Positions 9,543 to 20,245 of a DNA stretch of 64,000 nt are shown here, piece after piece. Source of the DNA: Bacteroidia bacterium (GTDB lineage Bacteria; Bacteroidota; Bacteroidia; Bacteroidales; GWA2-32-17); contig JACREQ010000105.1 in the NCBI GenBank assembly GCA_016218155.1, forward strand, positions 129,294-193,293, in the 5' to 3' direction. The translations under genes were made by a program, and so were the position numbers. Below the pieces are notes generated by a model. The model was not told the DNA's origin. It made no database searches and saw only the letters and a list, made by a program, of their open reading frames with translations. The first letter of the stretch is position 1, and each line of letters starts with the position of its first letter.

Positions 9543-10212
9543 GGTATTGCCTTTCTCCAAAAATAGAGCTACCTATTCTTACCATTGTACTCCCTTCTTC
9601 TATTGCAATTTTATAATCACCCGACATTCCCATAGAAATTTCACAAAAATCGGGATCAGTTATATAAAACGATGATTTTATATTATCAAAAATCGTTTTT
9701 AAAGATTTGAATTCTTTTCTGGTTAGTGACTCATCGTTTGAAAATGTTGCCATTCCCATTAATCCACGAATTTTAACAAAACTAAGATCCTGAAATTCAG
9801 AAGAATTCAACATCTCAATTAGTTCATCTTCATTAAAGCCAAACTTAGATTCCTCCTTTGCAATATACACTTGAAGTAAACATGAAATGATACGATTATT
9901 TTTTTCTGCTTCTTTATTAATTTCCTTCAATAATTTAAATGAATCTACAGATTGAATTAAAGTTACAAATGGGACTATATATTTAATCTTATTTGTTTGC
10001 AAGTGACCAATCATATGCCATTCTAATGGAAAATTAATTTCTGCGTGCTTTTTAGCCATTTCCTGCGCTCTGTTTTCACCAAAAATAAATTGACCGGTTT
10101 TATGTGCTTCAATAATATCTTCAGAAGGTCTGGTCTTAGAAACAACAACTAACTTTACATCAGCAGGAAGTGATTCTAGAATTCTATTAATATTTTCTTT
10201 GATAGCCGACAT
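9532..10212 (-). CDS. yggS: YggS-family pyridoxal-phosphate homeostasis protein
   Basis: 226 aa with VVSKTRP (PLP lysine), FGENRAQE and HMIGHLQTNK motifs. Confidence 0.9.
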   Translation of the reverse strand: MSAIKENINRILESLPADVKLVVVSKTRPSEDIIEAHKTGQFIFGENRAQEMAKKHAEINFPLEWHMIGHLQTNKIKYIVPFVTLIQSVDSFKLLKEINKEAEKNNRIISCLLQVYIAKEESKFGFNEDELIEMLNSSEFQDLSFVKIRGLMGMATFSNDESLTRKEFKSLKTIFDNIKSSFYITDPDFCEISMGMSGDYKIAIEEGSTMVRIGSSIFGERQYLKK

Positions 10213-10301
10213 TATAAAATCCTGTTAATATTGAGCAAAGTTAGAATAAAATTAAAAGAATATTTATAGTAAAAGCGTGGACACTTTCTATATAATGAAA
10301 T

Positions 10302-10341
10302 AACAATGTAGAGCAAACGATGACACTTGCTTTACATTGTT
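10302..10341 (-). terminator. Hairpin terminator downstream of the DUF1015 gene
   Basis: AACAATGTAGAGCAA / TTGCTTTACATTGTT: a 15-bp stem with one non-Watson-Crick position and a 10-nt loop. Confidence 0.5.
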
Positions 10342-10370
10342 AAACAGTATTAGTTTTTAAAAAGTAAAAT

Positions 10371-11618
10371 TTATTCTAATGAATGAACAACTAATCCGCT
10401 TCTTAGCTTAGGTTCAAACCATGTTGTTTTTGGAGGCATAATATTTCCTGAGTCGGCAATATCTAGCAATTGTTTCATACTAACCGGATAAAGTGAGAAA
10501 GCTACTTTCATATCACCACTATCAACACGTTTAACTAATTCTCCCAATCCACGAATTCCTCCAACAAAATCGATTCTTTTATCAGTACGTAAATCTTTTA
10601 TTCCAAGAATTTCATCAAGAATTAATTTACTTAACACAGTAACATCAAGTACTTCAATCGGATCATTATCATTATAAGTTCCTGGTTTTGCAGTTAAGGA
10701 ATACCATTTTTTATCTATATACATTCCAAAATTATGTAAATGAGTCGGTTTGCACAACTTACATTCCCATTCCTGAATTTCGAAATTCTTTTTAAGTTTT
10801 TCTATAAATTCAGATGTACTTAGTCCGTTAAGATCTTTTACTACTCTGTTGTAATCAATAATTGAAAGTTGATTATCAGGAAAATGAACTGCTAAGAAAT
10901 AATTATATTCTTCGCTCCCATTATAATTAGGATTTTGCAAACGTTTTTCTTTTCCAACCAAAGCAGCTGCGGCAGTTCTATGGTGACCATCGGCTACGTA
11001 TGTGGCAGGAATTTTTGCAAAAAGATCAATTAATGTTTTTATTGTTTTTTCGTCACGAATTACCCAAAAATGATGACCTACATTATCAGAAGTTGTAAAA
11101 TCATATTCTGCTTTTTGATTTTTAACAATATTCTCAACTATCTCATCAATTTCTTTAACTGCACGATAAGAGAAGAATACAGGTTCCATGTTAGCATTTG
11201 TTACACGTACATGCTTCATTCTATCTTCTTCTTTATCTTTTCTGGTAAGCTCGTGCTTTTTAATAACGTTATTTAAATAATCATCAACACCTGCACAACC
11301 AACCAAACCATATTGAGTTCGGCCATTCATTGTTTGTGCATATATATATAGGTGTTCTTTTTCATCAACTTTTAACCAACCTTTTTCAATAAATAATTGA
11401 AAATTTGATTTAGCCTTGTTGTACACTTCTTCAGCATGCTCATCAATTCCTTCTGGCAAGTCAATTTCAGGTTTTGTAATTCTAAGTAACGAATACTGAT
11501 TTCCACTTGCTTCAACTCTTGCCTCCTTTGAGTTTAACACATCATATGGACGGGCAGCCAAATCCTTAGCTATTTCTACAGTTGGACGAAGTCCTTTAAA
11601 AGCTTTTAATATTGCCAT
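10371..11618 (-). CDS. DUF1015 domain protein
   Basis: 415 aa. The N-terminus MAILKAFKGLRP...ARPYDV and the ADGHHR motif are typical of DUF1015. In Bacteroidota this family is commonly linked to serA/serC. Confidence 0.85.
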   Translation of the reverse strand: MAILKAFKGLRPTVEIAKDLAARPYDVLNSKEARVEASGNQYSLLRITKPEIDLPEGIDEHAEEVYNKAKSNFQLFIEKGWLKVDEKEHLYIYAQTMNGRTQYGLVGCAGVDDYLNNVIKKHELTRKDKEEDRMKHVRVTNANMEPVFFSYRAVKEIDEIVENIVKNQKAEYDFTTSDNVGHHFWVIRDEKTIKTLIDLFAKIPATYVADGHHRTAAAALVGKEKRLQNPNYNGSEEYNYFLAVHFPDNQLSIIDYNRVVKDLNGLSTSEFIEKLKKNFEIQEWECKLCKPTHLHNFGMYIDKKWYSLTAKPGTYNDNDPIEVLDVTVLSKLILDEILGIKDLRTDKRIDFVGGIRGLGELVKRVDSGDMKVAFSLYPVSMKQLLDIADSGNIMPPKTTWFEPKLRSGLVVHSLE

Positions 11619-11663
11619 AACACTACATTTTTAAAATTACTGACACTAATTTCACCAAATTAT

Positions 11664-12038
11664 TTATAAAACAACTCTTTTATATTCTAAAGATTCCTGA
11701 CCAAAATTTATAATTAATCCAACCTTTAATTTTGACGCAGCAAGATAATTTAAGGTTTGACCAATATGTTCAGAAACAATTCCTTCACAACTTTTTACTT
11801 CAATTATTATTTTTTCGAATACAACAAAATCAGCATAATATTTATGCGGTAAAATTATGCTTTTGTAATTAACTAAAAACTCTTTTTCTCTTTCAAAGAA
11901 AATATTTTTTTGTTTAAATTCATATTCAAGGGCATCCTTGTATACAATTTCAGAAAAACCTTTTCCTAATTGCCTATGCACTTCCATGCATTCTCCAATA
12001 ATTTCATAAACTTCTTGTTTGAAAATTAATTCTGGCAT
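11664..12038 (-). CDS. GxxExxY family protein (PD-(D/E)XK-like)
   Basis: 124 aa; GKGFSEIVYKDAL (the GxxExxY motif) followed by ...YADFVVFEKIIIEVKS. Confidence 0.85.
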   Translation of the reverse strand: MPELIFKQEVYEIIGECMEVHRQLGKGFSEIVYKDALEYEFKQKNIFFEREKEFLVNYKSIILPHKYYADFVVFEKIIIEVKSCEGIVSEHIGQTLNYLAASKLKVGLIINFGQESLEYKRVVL

Positions 12039-12085
12039 TTGTTATGAATAATTAGTGCAATTCGTGTCTAAATAAATTTAGAGTC

Positions 12086-13006
12086 TTACTTATTAACCTG
12101 AAAAGTTTTATCTCCCGACTTTAAATAACCTACTATTTGTTTTGCAGCTGCTATACCTGCATTAATATTGGCTTCTGAAGTTTCTGCACCTTGTTTTTTT
12201 GGTGTTGAATAATAACGATGCTCAAATGCTAACAAATCTGCATGACAAGCTGGAGCAATATCAGAAATATATTTAAAATCTTCGCGAGCAGCAAAAATAC
12301 GTTTTAATGAATCTTCGCAAACTACTTCTTTTCTTGCAGTATTTACAAGAGTTCCACCTTTTGGCATTTTTGATAACAAATCGAAATTTATTGAGTTCTT
12401 TGTCTTATCATTTGCAGGAATATGCAATGAAATATAATGACAGGTTGAATAAAGTTCTTCAACAGAACCAACAACTTTCACTCCGTCTTTTTCAATTTGT
12501 TCTTTTGCTACAAAAGGATCGAAAGCAAAAACATTCATTCCAAAACCTTTTGCAATTGTAGCTACACCCTTACCAACATAGCCGTATGCATGAATTCCGA
12601 TATTTTTACCTTTAAGCTCAGTACCTGAAATTCCTTTATAATTTCCACGAGCCATAAAAACCATCATACCAATTGCTAATTCAGCAACTGCATTAGAATT
12701 CTGCCCCGGAGTATTCATAACAACAACCCCTTTTGCAGTAGCAGCAGCTAAATCTACATTATCATAACCTGCACCTGCACGAACAACAATTTTCAAATTC
12801 TTTCCTGCTTCAATTACTTCTTTTGTTGCCTTATCGCTTCTAACAATTAAAGCATCAACATCTGCAACAGCTTTTAAAAGATCGTTGTTATCAGTATATT
12901 TTTCAAGTAAAACCAATTCAAACCCTGCATCTTCAACTACTTTTCTTATTCCATCCACTGCAGCTTTTGCAAATGGTTTTTCGGTTGCAACTAATATTTT
13001 TGACAT
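12086..13006 (-). CDS. serA: D-3-phosphoglycerate dehydrogenase (D-2-hydroxyacid dehydrogenase family)
   Basis: 306 aa; NAD-binding GYVGKGVA; adjacent to serC. Confidence 0.85.
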   Translation of the reverse strand: MSKILVATEKPFAKAAVDGIRKVVEDAGFELVLLEKYTDNNDLLKAVADVDALIVRSDKATKEVIEAGKNLKIVVRAGAGYDNVDLAAATAKGVVVMNTPGQNSNAVAELAIGMMVFMARGNYKGISGTELKGKNIGIHAYGYVGKGVATIAKGFGMNVFAFDPFVAKEQIEKDGVKVVGSVEELYSTCHYISLHIPANDKTKNSINFDLLSKMPKGGTLVNTARKEVVCEDSLKRIFAAREDFKYISDIAPACHADLLAFEHRYYSTPKKQGAETSEANINAGIAAAKQIVGYLKSGDKTFQVNK

Positions 13007-13043
13007 ATCTAAAATTTAGGATTTAGGAATTTCGATTTAGGAT

Positions 13044-14111
13044 TTAGTTCATTTTTTCAAATTCCTGCATACAATTTACTAATGCCTGAACAGATTCAAT
13101 TGGTAAAGCATTATATGTTGAAGCTCTGAAGCCACCTACCAAACGGTGTCCTTTTAAGCCAACCATTCCTTTACCTTTTGCAAATTCCATAAATGCATCA
13201 CTCTTATCTGCATATTGTTCGGCCATTACAAAACAAATATTCATTAATGAACGTGAATCTTTTTCAGCTGTTCCAACAAACATTTTGTTTCTGTCTATTT
13301 CATTATAAAGTAATGTTGCTTTTGCAATATTCATTTCCTGAATTTTCTTAACTCCACCGATACTCTTTAACCATTTTAAAGTTTCTTTAACTGTAAATAT
13401 AGGTAATACAGGAGGTGTATTAAACATTGATCCTTCTTTAATATGAGTGCGGTAATCCAACATAGTTGGTAATATTCTTGATACTTTTCCAAGTATATCT
13501 TCACGAACAATAACAACAGTTACACCAGCTGGTCCGATATTTTTTTGAGCACCACCATAAATTAATGCATATTTACTTACATCAACAGGGCGACTTAAAA
13601 AATCAGATGACATATCGGCAACTAAATTTACCGGACAATCATAGTCTGTATGAATTTCAGTTCCGTATATTGTGTTATTTGTTGTGATATGGAAATAATC
13701 TACATCTTTAGGAATTTCATAACCTTTTGGAATATATGTAAAATTTTTGTCGACAGAAGAACCTAAAATCTGAACCTCGCCAAAAAGTTTTGCTTCTTTA
13801 ATAGCTTTTTTAGCCCAAACTCCTGTTTCTAAATAAGCAGCTTTTTTCTCTAATAAATTGAATGGCACCATTGCAAATTGTGTACTTGCGCCACCACCAA
13901 GGAAAAGAACTTTGTAACCGGCAGGAATATTATATAATTCTGTAAATAATGCTACAGCTTCATCAAGAACTGCTTCAAAATCTTTAGTTCTGTGAGAAAT
14001 TTCAAGAATTGACATTCCAATTCCGTTGAAATCTAAAATTGCTTTTGCGGTATTTTCAATTGCTATTCTTGGAAGAATTGCTGGTCCGGCATTAAAATTA
14101 TGTTTTTCCAT
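13044..14111 (-). CDS. serC: 3-phosphoserine aminotransferase
   Basis: 355 aa; [14 protein letters not shown]..., GGGASTQF, and the [14 protein letters not shown]-lysine region. Confidence 0.95.
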   Translation of the reverse strand: MEKHNFNAGPAILPRIAIENTAKAILDFNGIGMSILEISHRTKDFEAVLDEAVALFTELYNIPAGYKVLFLGGGASTQFAMVPFNLLEKKAAYLETGVWAKKAIKEAKLFGEVQILGSSVDKNFTYIPKGYEIPKDVDYFHITTNNTIYGTEIHTDYDCPVNLVADMSSDFLSRPVDVSKYALIYGGAQKNIGPAGVTVVIVREDILGKVSRILPTMLDYRTHIKEGSMFNTPPVLPIFTVKETLKWLKSIGGVKKIQEMNIAKATLLYNEIDRNKMFVGTAEKDSRSLMNICFVMAEQYADKSDAFMEFAKGKGMVGLKGHRLVGGFRASTYNALPIESVQALVNCMQEFEKMN

Positions 14112-14250
14112 TTTTATTAAGAATTTACTAATTAGTATTTTTAATTAAAATTCAGTTTAAAATTTAAGGGTGCAATTTTGCAATTTCTTTTCAATTTACG
14201 AAGAAAATTGTCATGCTCTTTAATAGATTTACAATTGTTTAATGACATAT

Positions 14251-14970
14251 CTATTTTGCAAGGTAGTCTGTAATAACCTCGTTCTTACACATAGGTAATA
14301 CTTTTACAACATCAAGGGTATGACAATATTCAACTATTTCATCTGAAACAATTCCGCGTAAACGATGACGATGTGCTGCCTTTTCTATATAAGTCATTAT
14401 ATCATCTTTAGCAATATTCCACAAATCAATTGAGGCATAAGAAGAATCGCATATAGTTGAAAACTTACCAGACTCTATTAATTTTGTAGCAATAGCTCCT
14501 GCACAAAGAGTATCTTCAATATTAAATTTCTTTTTCCAGCCCGAACAGAAAATTACCACATCGGAATTATCAGAAATTAAAAACCTTACAACTTCTGACA
14601 AATTAATAAACGCTCCGATTATTACATGCTTTGAATCTTTTGCCATGTTTATTGCCTGAGTTCCGTTGGTTGTGCTGTAAGCGATAGTTTTTCCCTTTAC
14701 TCTTTCGGGAGTAAAAAGATTTGGCGAATTACCAAAATCTGCAAAATCCAGAACTATTCCATCTCTTTCGGCAGCTAAAATATAACCGGCCTCTTTCATT
14801 TTTTTTGCATCCTCGACTGTACCTACCGGAATAATTTTATCGGCACCTGCCGCAAAAGCTGCACAAATTGAAGTTGTAGCACGCATTATATCAATAACTA
14901 CAACATTTGCCTGGGTATTATGATATAAATTATATAAAGCCGGAGTAAAACAGATTTCTATCTTTTTCAT
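14251..14970 (-). CDS. 2-phosphosulfolactate phosphatase (ComB) family protein
   Basis: 239 aa; VVVIDIMRATTSI and TTNGT motifs. Confidence 0.8.
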   Translation of the reverse strand: MKKIEICFTPALYNLYHNTQANVVVIDIMRATTSICAAFAAGADKIIPVGTVEDAKKMKEAGYILAAERDGIVLDFADFGNSPNLFTPERVKGKTIAYSTTNGTQAINMAKDSKHVIIGAFINLSEVVRFLISDNSDVVIFCSGWKKKFNIEDTLCAGAIATKLIESGKFSTICDSSYASIDLWNIAKDDIMTYIEKAAHRHRLRGIVSDEIVEYCHTLDVVKVLPMCKNEVITDYLAK

Positions 14971-15004
14971 TTCATTAAAAAATAATTAATGCAAAGATAT
15001 AAAA

Positions 15005-15035
15005 ACAAAAAAGAGGCTTATGCCTCTTTTTTTTA
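15005..15035. terminator. Rho-independent terminator after gcvT
   Basis: AGAGGC-TTAT-GCCTCT (15012-15027) flanked by A- and T-runs. Confidence 0.7.
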
Positions 15036-16121
15036 ATTTTTATAAATCGGTAGTTTCACCACTTTTGCTTTAAGCAGTTTATCGCGAACTTTTACAAATA
15101 TCTCTGAGTCAACTTTTGAGAATTCAGATTTCACATAGCCCATACCGATTCCGATTTTCATCATTGGTGATTGTGTGCCTGATGTTACATGTCCGATTTT
15201 ATTTCCTGCAACATCACAAATTTCGTACTCGTGACGAGGAATACCACGGTCAATCATTTCAAAACCTACTAATTTTGTAGGAGTACCATTTTTCTTTTGT
15301 TCCAAGAAAATATCTTTATTTACAAAATTCTTAGTATCAGTGAACTTTGTTATCCATCCCAAACCAGCCTGAATTGGTGAAGTTGTATCATCAATATCAT
15401 TTCCATATAAGCAGAAACCCATTTCTAAACGTAAGGTATCGCGTGCTGCTAAACCAATGGGTTTAATACCAAATTCTTTTCCTGCTTCAAAAACAGCATC
15501 CCATACTTTTTCGGCATCTGCGTTTGCAAAATAAATTTCGCATCCTCCTGCTCCGGTATATCCTGTTGTAGAGAAAATAACATCTTTAACACCTGCAAAA
15601 TCTAATTTCTTAAAAGTATAATACTCCATATCTGTAACGGTAGTATTTGTTAATTTTTGCATTGCTTTTAATGCGAGCGGTCCCTGAACTGCAAGTTGTG
15701 AAACCTCATCGGATGCATTATATAACACAGCACCCATATCGTTCTGAGAATTTATCCAGTTCCAGTCTTTCTCGATATTTGATGCATTAACAACTAACAA
15801 ATAAGTTTCTGCATTAACACGGTATACTAATAAGTCATCAACTATTCCACCTTTTCCATTAGGAAAACATGAATACTGAACTTTACCATCTACCAAAACT
15901 GATGCATCATTTGATGTTACTTTTTGAATTAAATCTAATGCTTTTGGACCTTTAACCCAAAACTCGCCCATATGCGAAACATCAAAAACCCCAACACCTG
16001 TTCTAACTGTAAAATGTTCTTCTATATCGCCGGTATATTTTAACGGCATATAAAAACCAACAAAAGGAACCATTTTAGCTCCAAGTTTTTCATGAATGTG
16101 CGAAAAAGCTGTACGTTTCAT
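15033..16121 (-). CDS. gcvT: Glycine cleavage system aminomethyltransferase (T protein)
   Basis: 362 aa; [18 protein letters not shown] and [10 protein letters not shown] motifs. Confidence 0.95.
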   Translation of the reverse strand: MKRTAFSHIHEKLGAKMVPFVGFYMPLKYTGDIEEHFTVRTGVGVFDVSHMGEFWVKGPKALDLIQKVTSNDASVLVDGKVQYSCFPNGKGGIVDDLLVYRVNAETYLLVVNASNIEKDWNWINSQNDMGAVLYNASDEVSQLAVQGPLALKAMQKLTNTTVTDMEYYTFKKLDFAGVKDVIFSTTGYTGAGGCEIYFANADAEKVWDAVFEAGKEFGIKPIGLAARDTLRLEMGFCLYGNDIDDTTSPIQAGLGWITKFTDTKNFVNKDIFLEQKKNGTPTKLVGFEMIDRGIPRHEYEICDVAGNKIGHVTSGTQSPMMKIGIGMGYVKSEFSKVDSEIFVKVRDKLLKAKVVKLPIYKN

Positions 16122-16188
16122 TATATAATTTTTTTAGGTTAACAAAAATAATTTTTTCTATACTATTAATTAGTGATAAAAAGCACAT

Positions 16189-18162
16189 TTATTTACTTAG
16201 TATTTTAAATTCAACGCGTCTGTTTTGCTTTTTACCTTCTTCGGTATCATTTGAGGCTATTGGTTGTGAAAAAGCATATCCTTTATACTCCAAACGATTT
16301 TCGGCAATTCCTTTATTAATTAAAAACTCGACTACAGATTTTGCTCTTGCAGTTGATAATCTTGTATTTGTTTCAAGCGAACTCTGATTATCTGTATGTC
16401 CTGATATTTCGATACGTATATTCGGGTTTTCAACTAGCAGGTTATATAAATTCCCAAGTTCTGTAATAGACTCATCTTTTATTCTATCACTGGCATAATC
16501 AAAAAACATATTTCTTAATATAATTTTAGAGCCAACAGAAAAATTCTCAAGTTTAATATTTAATGTAACCTCAGAAAAAGCTGCTGATTCGGAAATATCA
16601 AAATTTTCAGAATGAAACAAATATCCTTTTGCCTTAACAGAGATACCATAATTTTTTCCTGAAGGTAAAGATATAAGATATTCACCGGTTGCTGAATTTG
16701 AAGTAAATATTGCTACAAGTTCATTTTTACTGTTATCTGTTATTTCAATCTCTGCTTCTATTGCAGAACCAGTATAAGCATCTTTTATAACTCCCATAAC
16801 AATAGTCACAGTAGCAATGCCCATTGGAGATTCTACTTCAGTATAATCTATAAGATAAATATCTTTATCGCCCATACCTTCGGATCTTACTGATGAGAAG
16901 TATCCATGCATACCGCTTGCAGACATTGTAAAATATATATCGTCATCCGGAGTATTTATCGGATAACCTATATTTACAGGTTCACTCCAGATTCCATCAG
17001 GTTGTAAAACTGAATAAAAGATATCATACCCACCCATTGTTTTATGACCCTTTGAAGAGAAATAAAGTGTTTTGTTATCAGGGTGAATAAAAACTCCTTC
17101 TTCGTCAAATTGTGTATTAATAACATTGCTTAACTTTTCCACATTGTCCCACTTACCTTTACTATCCTTTGTTGATCGATAAATGTCGCGACCTGTATTT
17201 TTATCCCTATCACTAACAAAGTATATAGTATTACCATCTGATGAAATACTGGCTGACGATTCTTTAAATTCTGAATTAATTGGCTTTGGTAAGGCATGAA
17301 GATCGCTCCATTTCTCTCCTTTAAGTTTACATGTATATAAATCGCCTCCATTATCACCCTTATAAATATATAGCTCTTGTCCGTCAGGAGATAAACCTAC
17401 TGTAGCTTCATGATTCTGAGTATTAATAGGTGTTCCTATATTTTCAGGAGTTGACCAGCCTGCATCAGTATTTTTGCTAAAGTAAACATCTTCAAAGAAG
17501 TTTAAGTCATTTTCATCTCGTTGCCCACCAGTAGTATTTGCACGTCGTGAAGTAAAAATCATAAGCTTTTCATCAGCAGAAATAAGTGGGCAATAATCTG
17601 GGAACTGCGAATTAACAAGATTAAGATTAATAATCTTACCTTTTACAACTGTATTAGCGAGAATAAAACCGTTTTTACATTCTTCTATTCTTTTGTTAAC
17701 ATTACTCTCAATTTCAGCTTTTTTTGCCTCATTTTTATTTACATTTTTATGAATAATAAATTCTTCAATTGCTTCGTCAAAACGCAATGAATTTTGTAAT
17801 GCAAGACCTAATTGAAAATGAATATCGTCTGCAACTGTTTTATCAAGACTAAAAGCTTTTTGAAGAAAAGCAAAAGCTTTATCTTTTTGAATTGAATTTA
17901 AATAACAAACTCCAATTTTATAATTAAGCAATGCATTTTCCGGGTTAAATGCATTTGCTTTTAAGTAATGTTCAAGTGCAATACTATAACAACATTTACG
18001 ATCTACAAATAATTCATTTCCTTCTAAAATACTTCTAAGTGCTGTTTTAAGTCCTTTAGTATCTTTTGAAAAATTATTTTTGGTAAACTCAACATTGGTC
18101 TGAGCAAACAAATTTATTGCAAAAAAACAAATTATTAATATTATGCAAAAGTGTTTTAACAT
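16189..18162 (-). CDS. Periplasmic TPR / PD40 beta-propeller / CarboxypepD_reg-like / OmpA_C fusion protein (paralog 1)
   Basis: 657 aa. Signal peptide, then a TPR block (ALEHYLKANAFNPENALLNYKIGVCYLNS). PD40-type repeats follow (DYCPLISADEKLMIFTSRR; EATVGLSPDGQELY; ESSASISSDGNTIYFVSDR; EEGVFIHPDNKTLYFSSKGHKTMGGYDIF). Next is a beta-sandwich (GVIKDAYTGSAIEAEIEITD...GEYLISLPSGKNYGISVKAKGY). The C-terminus is OmpA_C (IRIEISGHTDNQSS...ARAKSVVEFL...NRRVEFKIL). Confidence 0.9.
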   Translation of the reverse strand: MLKHFCIILIICFFAINLFAQTNVEFTKNNFSKDTKGLKTALRSILEGNELFVDRKCCYSIALEHYLKANAFNPENALLNYKIGVCYLNSIQKDKAFAFLQKAFSLDKTVADDIHFQLGLALQNSLRFDEAIEEFIIHKNVNKNEAKKAEIESNVNKRIEECKNGFILANTVVKGKIINLNLVNSQFPDYCPLISADEKLMIFTSRRANTTGGQRDENDLNFFEDVYFSKNTDAGWSTPENIGTPINTQNHEATVGLSPDGQELYIYKGDNGGDLYTCKLKGEKWSDLHALPKPINSEFKESSASISSDGNTIYFVSDRDKNTGRDIYRSTKDSKGKWDNVEKLSNVINTQFDEEGVFIHPDNKTLYFSSKGHKTMGGYDIFYSVLQPDGIWSEPVNIGYPINTPDDDIYFTMSASGMHGYFSSVRSEGMGDKDIYLIDYTEVESPMGIATVTIVMGVIKDAYTGSAIEAEIEITDNSKNELVAIFTSNSATGEYLISLPSGKNYGISVKAKGYLFHSENFDISESAAFSEVTLNIKLENFSVGSKIILRNMFFDYASDRIKDESITELGNLYNLLVENPNIRIEISGHTDNQSSLETNTRLSTARAKSVVEFLINKGIAENRLEYKGYAFSQPIASNDTEEGKKQNRRVEFKILSK

Positions 18163-18167
18163 TATAC

Positions 18168-20231
18168 TTAATTTTGAAGAACTTTAAACTCAACCCTTCG
18201 GTTTTGCTGACGTCCCTCTTCTTTATCATTAGAAGCAATTGGCTGTAAATAAGCGTATCCTTTAAATTCTAATCTGGAAGTTACTATACCTTTAGAAATT
18301 AAATACTCGACTACGGCTTTTGCTCTGTTTTCTGATAATTTCTGATTGGTTTGTAATGAACCCTGATTATCGGTATGACCTGAAATTTCTATACGGATAT
18401 TCGGGAAATCGGTAAGCATTTTAACAAGTCGGTCAAGCTCAGGGAAAGATTCAGGACGTAATGTTGCCTTTGCGTAATCGAAGAAAATGTTTTTAAGAAT
18501 AACTTTTTGTCCAACAGCCATTTTATTAAGTAGTATATCCTTTGTTATTTCCTGATAATTTGTTGCTGCAGGAATATCAAAATTTTCTGAATGGAAAAGA
18601 TATCCTGTTGCCTTAACAGCAATTCCGTAATTTCTTCCAGATGGCAACGAAATTAAATAACGACCGGTTGAGCTGTTTGATGATGATGTTGAAATAACTT
18701 CATTTTTAACATTATCTACAATTTCAATCTGAGCTTCAACAGGATTTAATGTTAATGCATCCTTTATAGTTCCTTTAAGTATTGTTAAACGGGTTGTTTT
18801 AATTTCTACCTGCTCGGCAATAATACTTTCTGCAACAGGTTCTACATTTGCTAACAAATTATCTTCATTATGTAAAACAGGAGTTTTTTCAGGACCACGA
18901 AAAGTTATCATATAAATATCATAGTCGCCTTGTCCATCATCACGTGAAGAACTGTAATAACCATGTTTACCACTTGCATTCATTATAAAAAACAAATCAT
19001 CGTCAGGAGTATTAACAGGGTATCCAAGATTTTCAGGCTTTGTCCATGTACCATCATCACTAAGTGTAGTTTTAAAAATATCAAAACCACCCATAGTATT
19101 ATGACCCCTTGAACTAAAATAAAGTGAACGACCATCAGGATGCATAAAAACACCTTCTTCATCATATTCGGTATTTATTGCACTTCCCATATTCTTTGGT
19201 TCTGCCCATCTCTCTTTTTCGGAATCCCAACGGGTTTCCCAAAGATCGTGTGCTCCAAAACCATCGGGTCTGTCACTTATAAAATACATTGTTCTGCCAT
19301 CAAACGAAAATGATGCTGAAGTTTCATGATAATCTGTATCTATGAATTTTTTTAAAGGTGAATCATCAGGGGATGTCCATTCAGAACCTTTAAGACTGGA
19401 AACAAAAATATCACCATTATTAGTTTTTCCATTAAAAGTAAAAAGCTGTTGCCCATCAGGCGAAAGACCAACGGTTGCATCATTATTATTAGTATTTAAC
19501 GGCTTACCAACATTTTTAGCAACTCCCCATGAATTTCCATCATTATATGATAAATAAATATCCTCAAAAAATAAATTGTCTTCAGGATCACGGCCCCCAC
19601 CATATGTATCTTCGCGACGTGAAGTAAACATCATCATTGACTCATCAGCTGAAATAAGAGGACTATATTCGGGATACATTGTATTTATTGTTGGTCCAAC
19701 ATTATCAATAAAAACGCGAATAGGATTTTTTATAAGGTCTTTACCAACGTTACACTCTACAATTCTTTTATCAATATCTTTTCTTTTTGCCTGAAGATCA
19801 GAAGGAGAAAGAGAATTTTTATATTTTGTATAAAGTTCAATTGCCTTGTCGAATTCAATATTAAGATGGTAGCCAGAAGCTAATACCCACATAATATCAG
19901 GTGCAATACCCGGATTAACACTATAAGCTTTTTTATAATACTCGATACATTTCACACGCTGTATTGAATGTAAATAACAATTTCCTATTTTATAATTCAA
20001 CATTGCATTATTCGGCAATTTCTGAACAACAGGCAAATAAAAATCAAGAGCTCTTCGTAAACCTCCTCTTCCAAGTGCATAATAATCTTCGGCCTGTTTC
20101 AGATTATCTTTTGCAACTTTATAATCATCTTTGCTAACAAAGTCCTCTTTTTTAATTTCAACTTCCTGAGCTTTTACAATACCTGTAAACACTATAAAAA
20201 CAACAGTCAATAATATTCCTATTTTTTTCAT
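18168..20231 (-). CDS. Periplasmic TPR / PD40 / CarboxypepD_reg-like / OmpA_C fusion protein (paralog 2)
   Basis: 687 aa with the same motif series as paralog 1 (EYSPLISADESMMMFTSRR; DATVGLSPDGQQLF; IRIEISGHTDNQGSLQTNQKLSENRAKAVVEYL...NRRVEFKVL). It is 5 nt from paralog 1. Confidence 0.9.
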   Translation of the reverse strand: MKKIGILLTVVFIVFTGIVKAQEVEIKKEDFVSKDDYKVAKDNLKQAEDYYALGRGGLRRALDFYLPVVQKLPNNAMLNYKIGNCYLHSIQRVKCIEYYKKAYSVNPGIAPDIMWVLASGYHLNIEFDKAIELYTKYKNSLSPSDLQAKRKDIDKRIVECNVGKDLIKNPIRVFIDNVGPTINTMYPEYSPLISADESMMMFTSRREDTYGGGRDPEDNLFFEDIYLSYNDGNSWGVAKNVGKPLNTNNNDATVGLSPDGQQLFTFNGKTNNGDIFVSSLKGSEWTSPDDSPLKKFIDTDYHETSASFSFDGRTMYFISDRPDGFGAHDLWETRWDSEKERWAEPKNMGSAINTEYDEEGVFMHPDGRSLYFSSRGHNTMGGFDIFKTTLSDDGTWTKPENLGYPVNTPDDDLFFIMNASGKHGYYSSSRDDGQGDYDIYMITFRGPEKTPVLHNEDNLLANVEPVAESIIAEQVEIKTTRLTILKGTIKDALTLNPVEAQIEIVDNVKNEVISTSSSNSSTGRYLISLPSGRNYGIAVKATGYLFHSENFDIPAATNYQEITKDILLNKMAVGQKVILKNIFFDYAKATLRPESFPELDRLVKMLTDFPNIRIEISGHTDNQGSLQTNQKLSENRAKAVVEYLISKGIVTSRLEFKGYAYLQPIASNDKEEGRQQNRRVEFKVLQN

Positions 20232-20245
20232 AATTCTAAATGTTA

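Noticed and set aside
14251-14970. ComB (2-phosphosulfolactate phosphatase) homolog as a hint of coenzyme M biosynthesis.
   Set aside because: No other com genes are nearby, and ComB-family proteins are widespread in bacteria that do not make CoM. It is treated as an ordinary family member of unknown role.
16122-16188. Possible glycine riboswitch upstream of gcvT.
   Set aside because: The spacer is only 67 nt, extremely AT-rich, and lacks the conserved GGAGA/CACCG-type cores. It is too short for a glycine aptamer.
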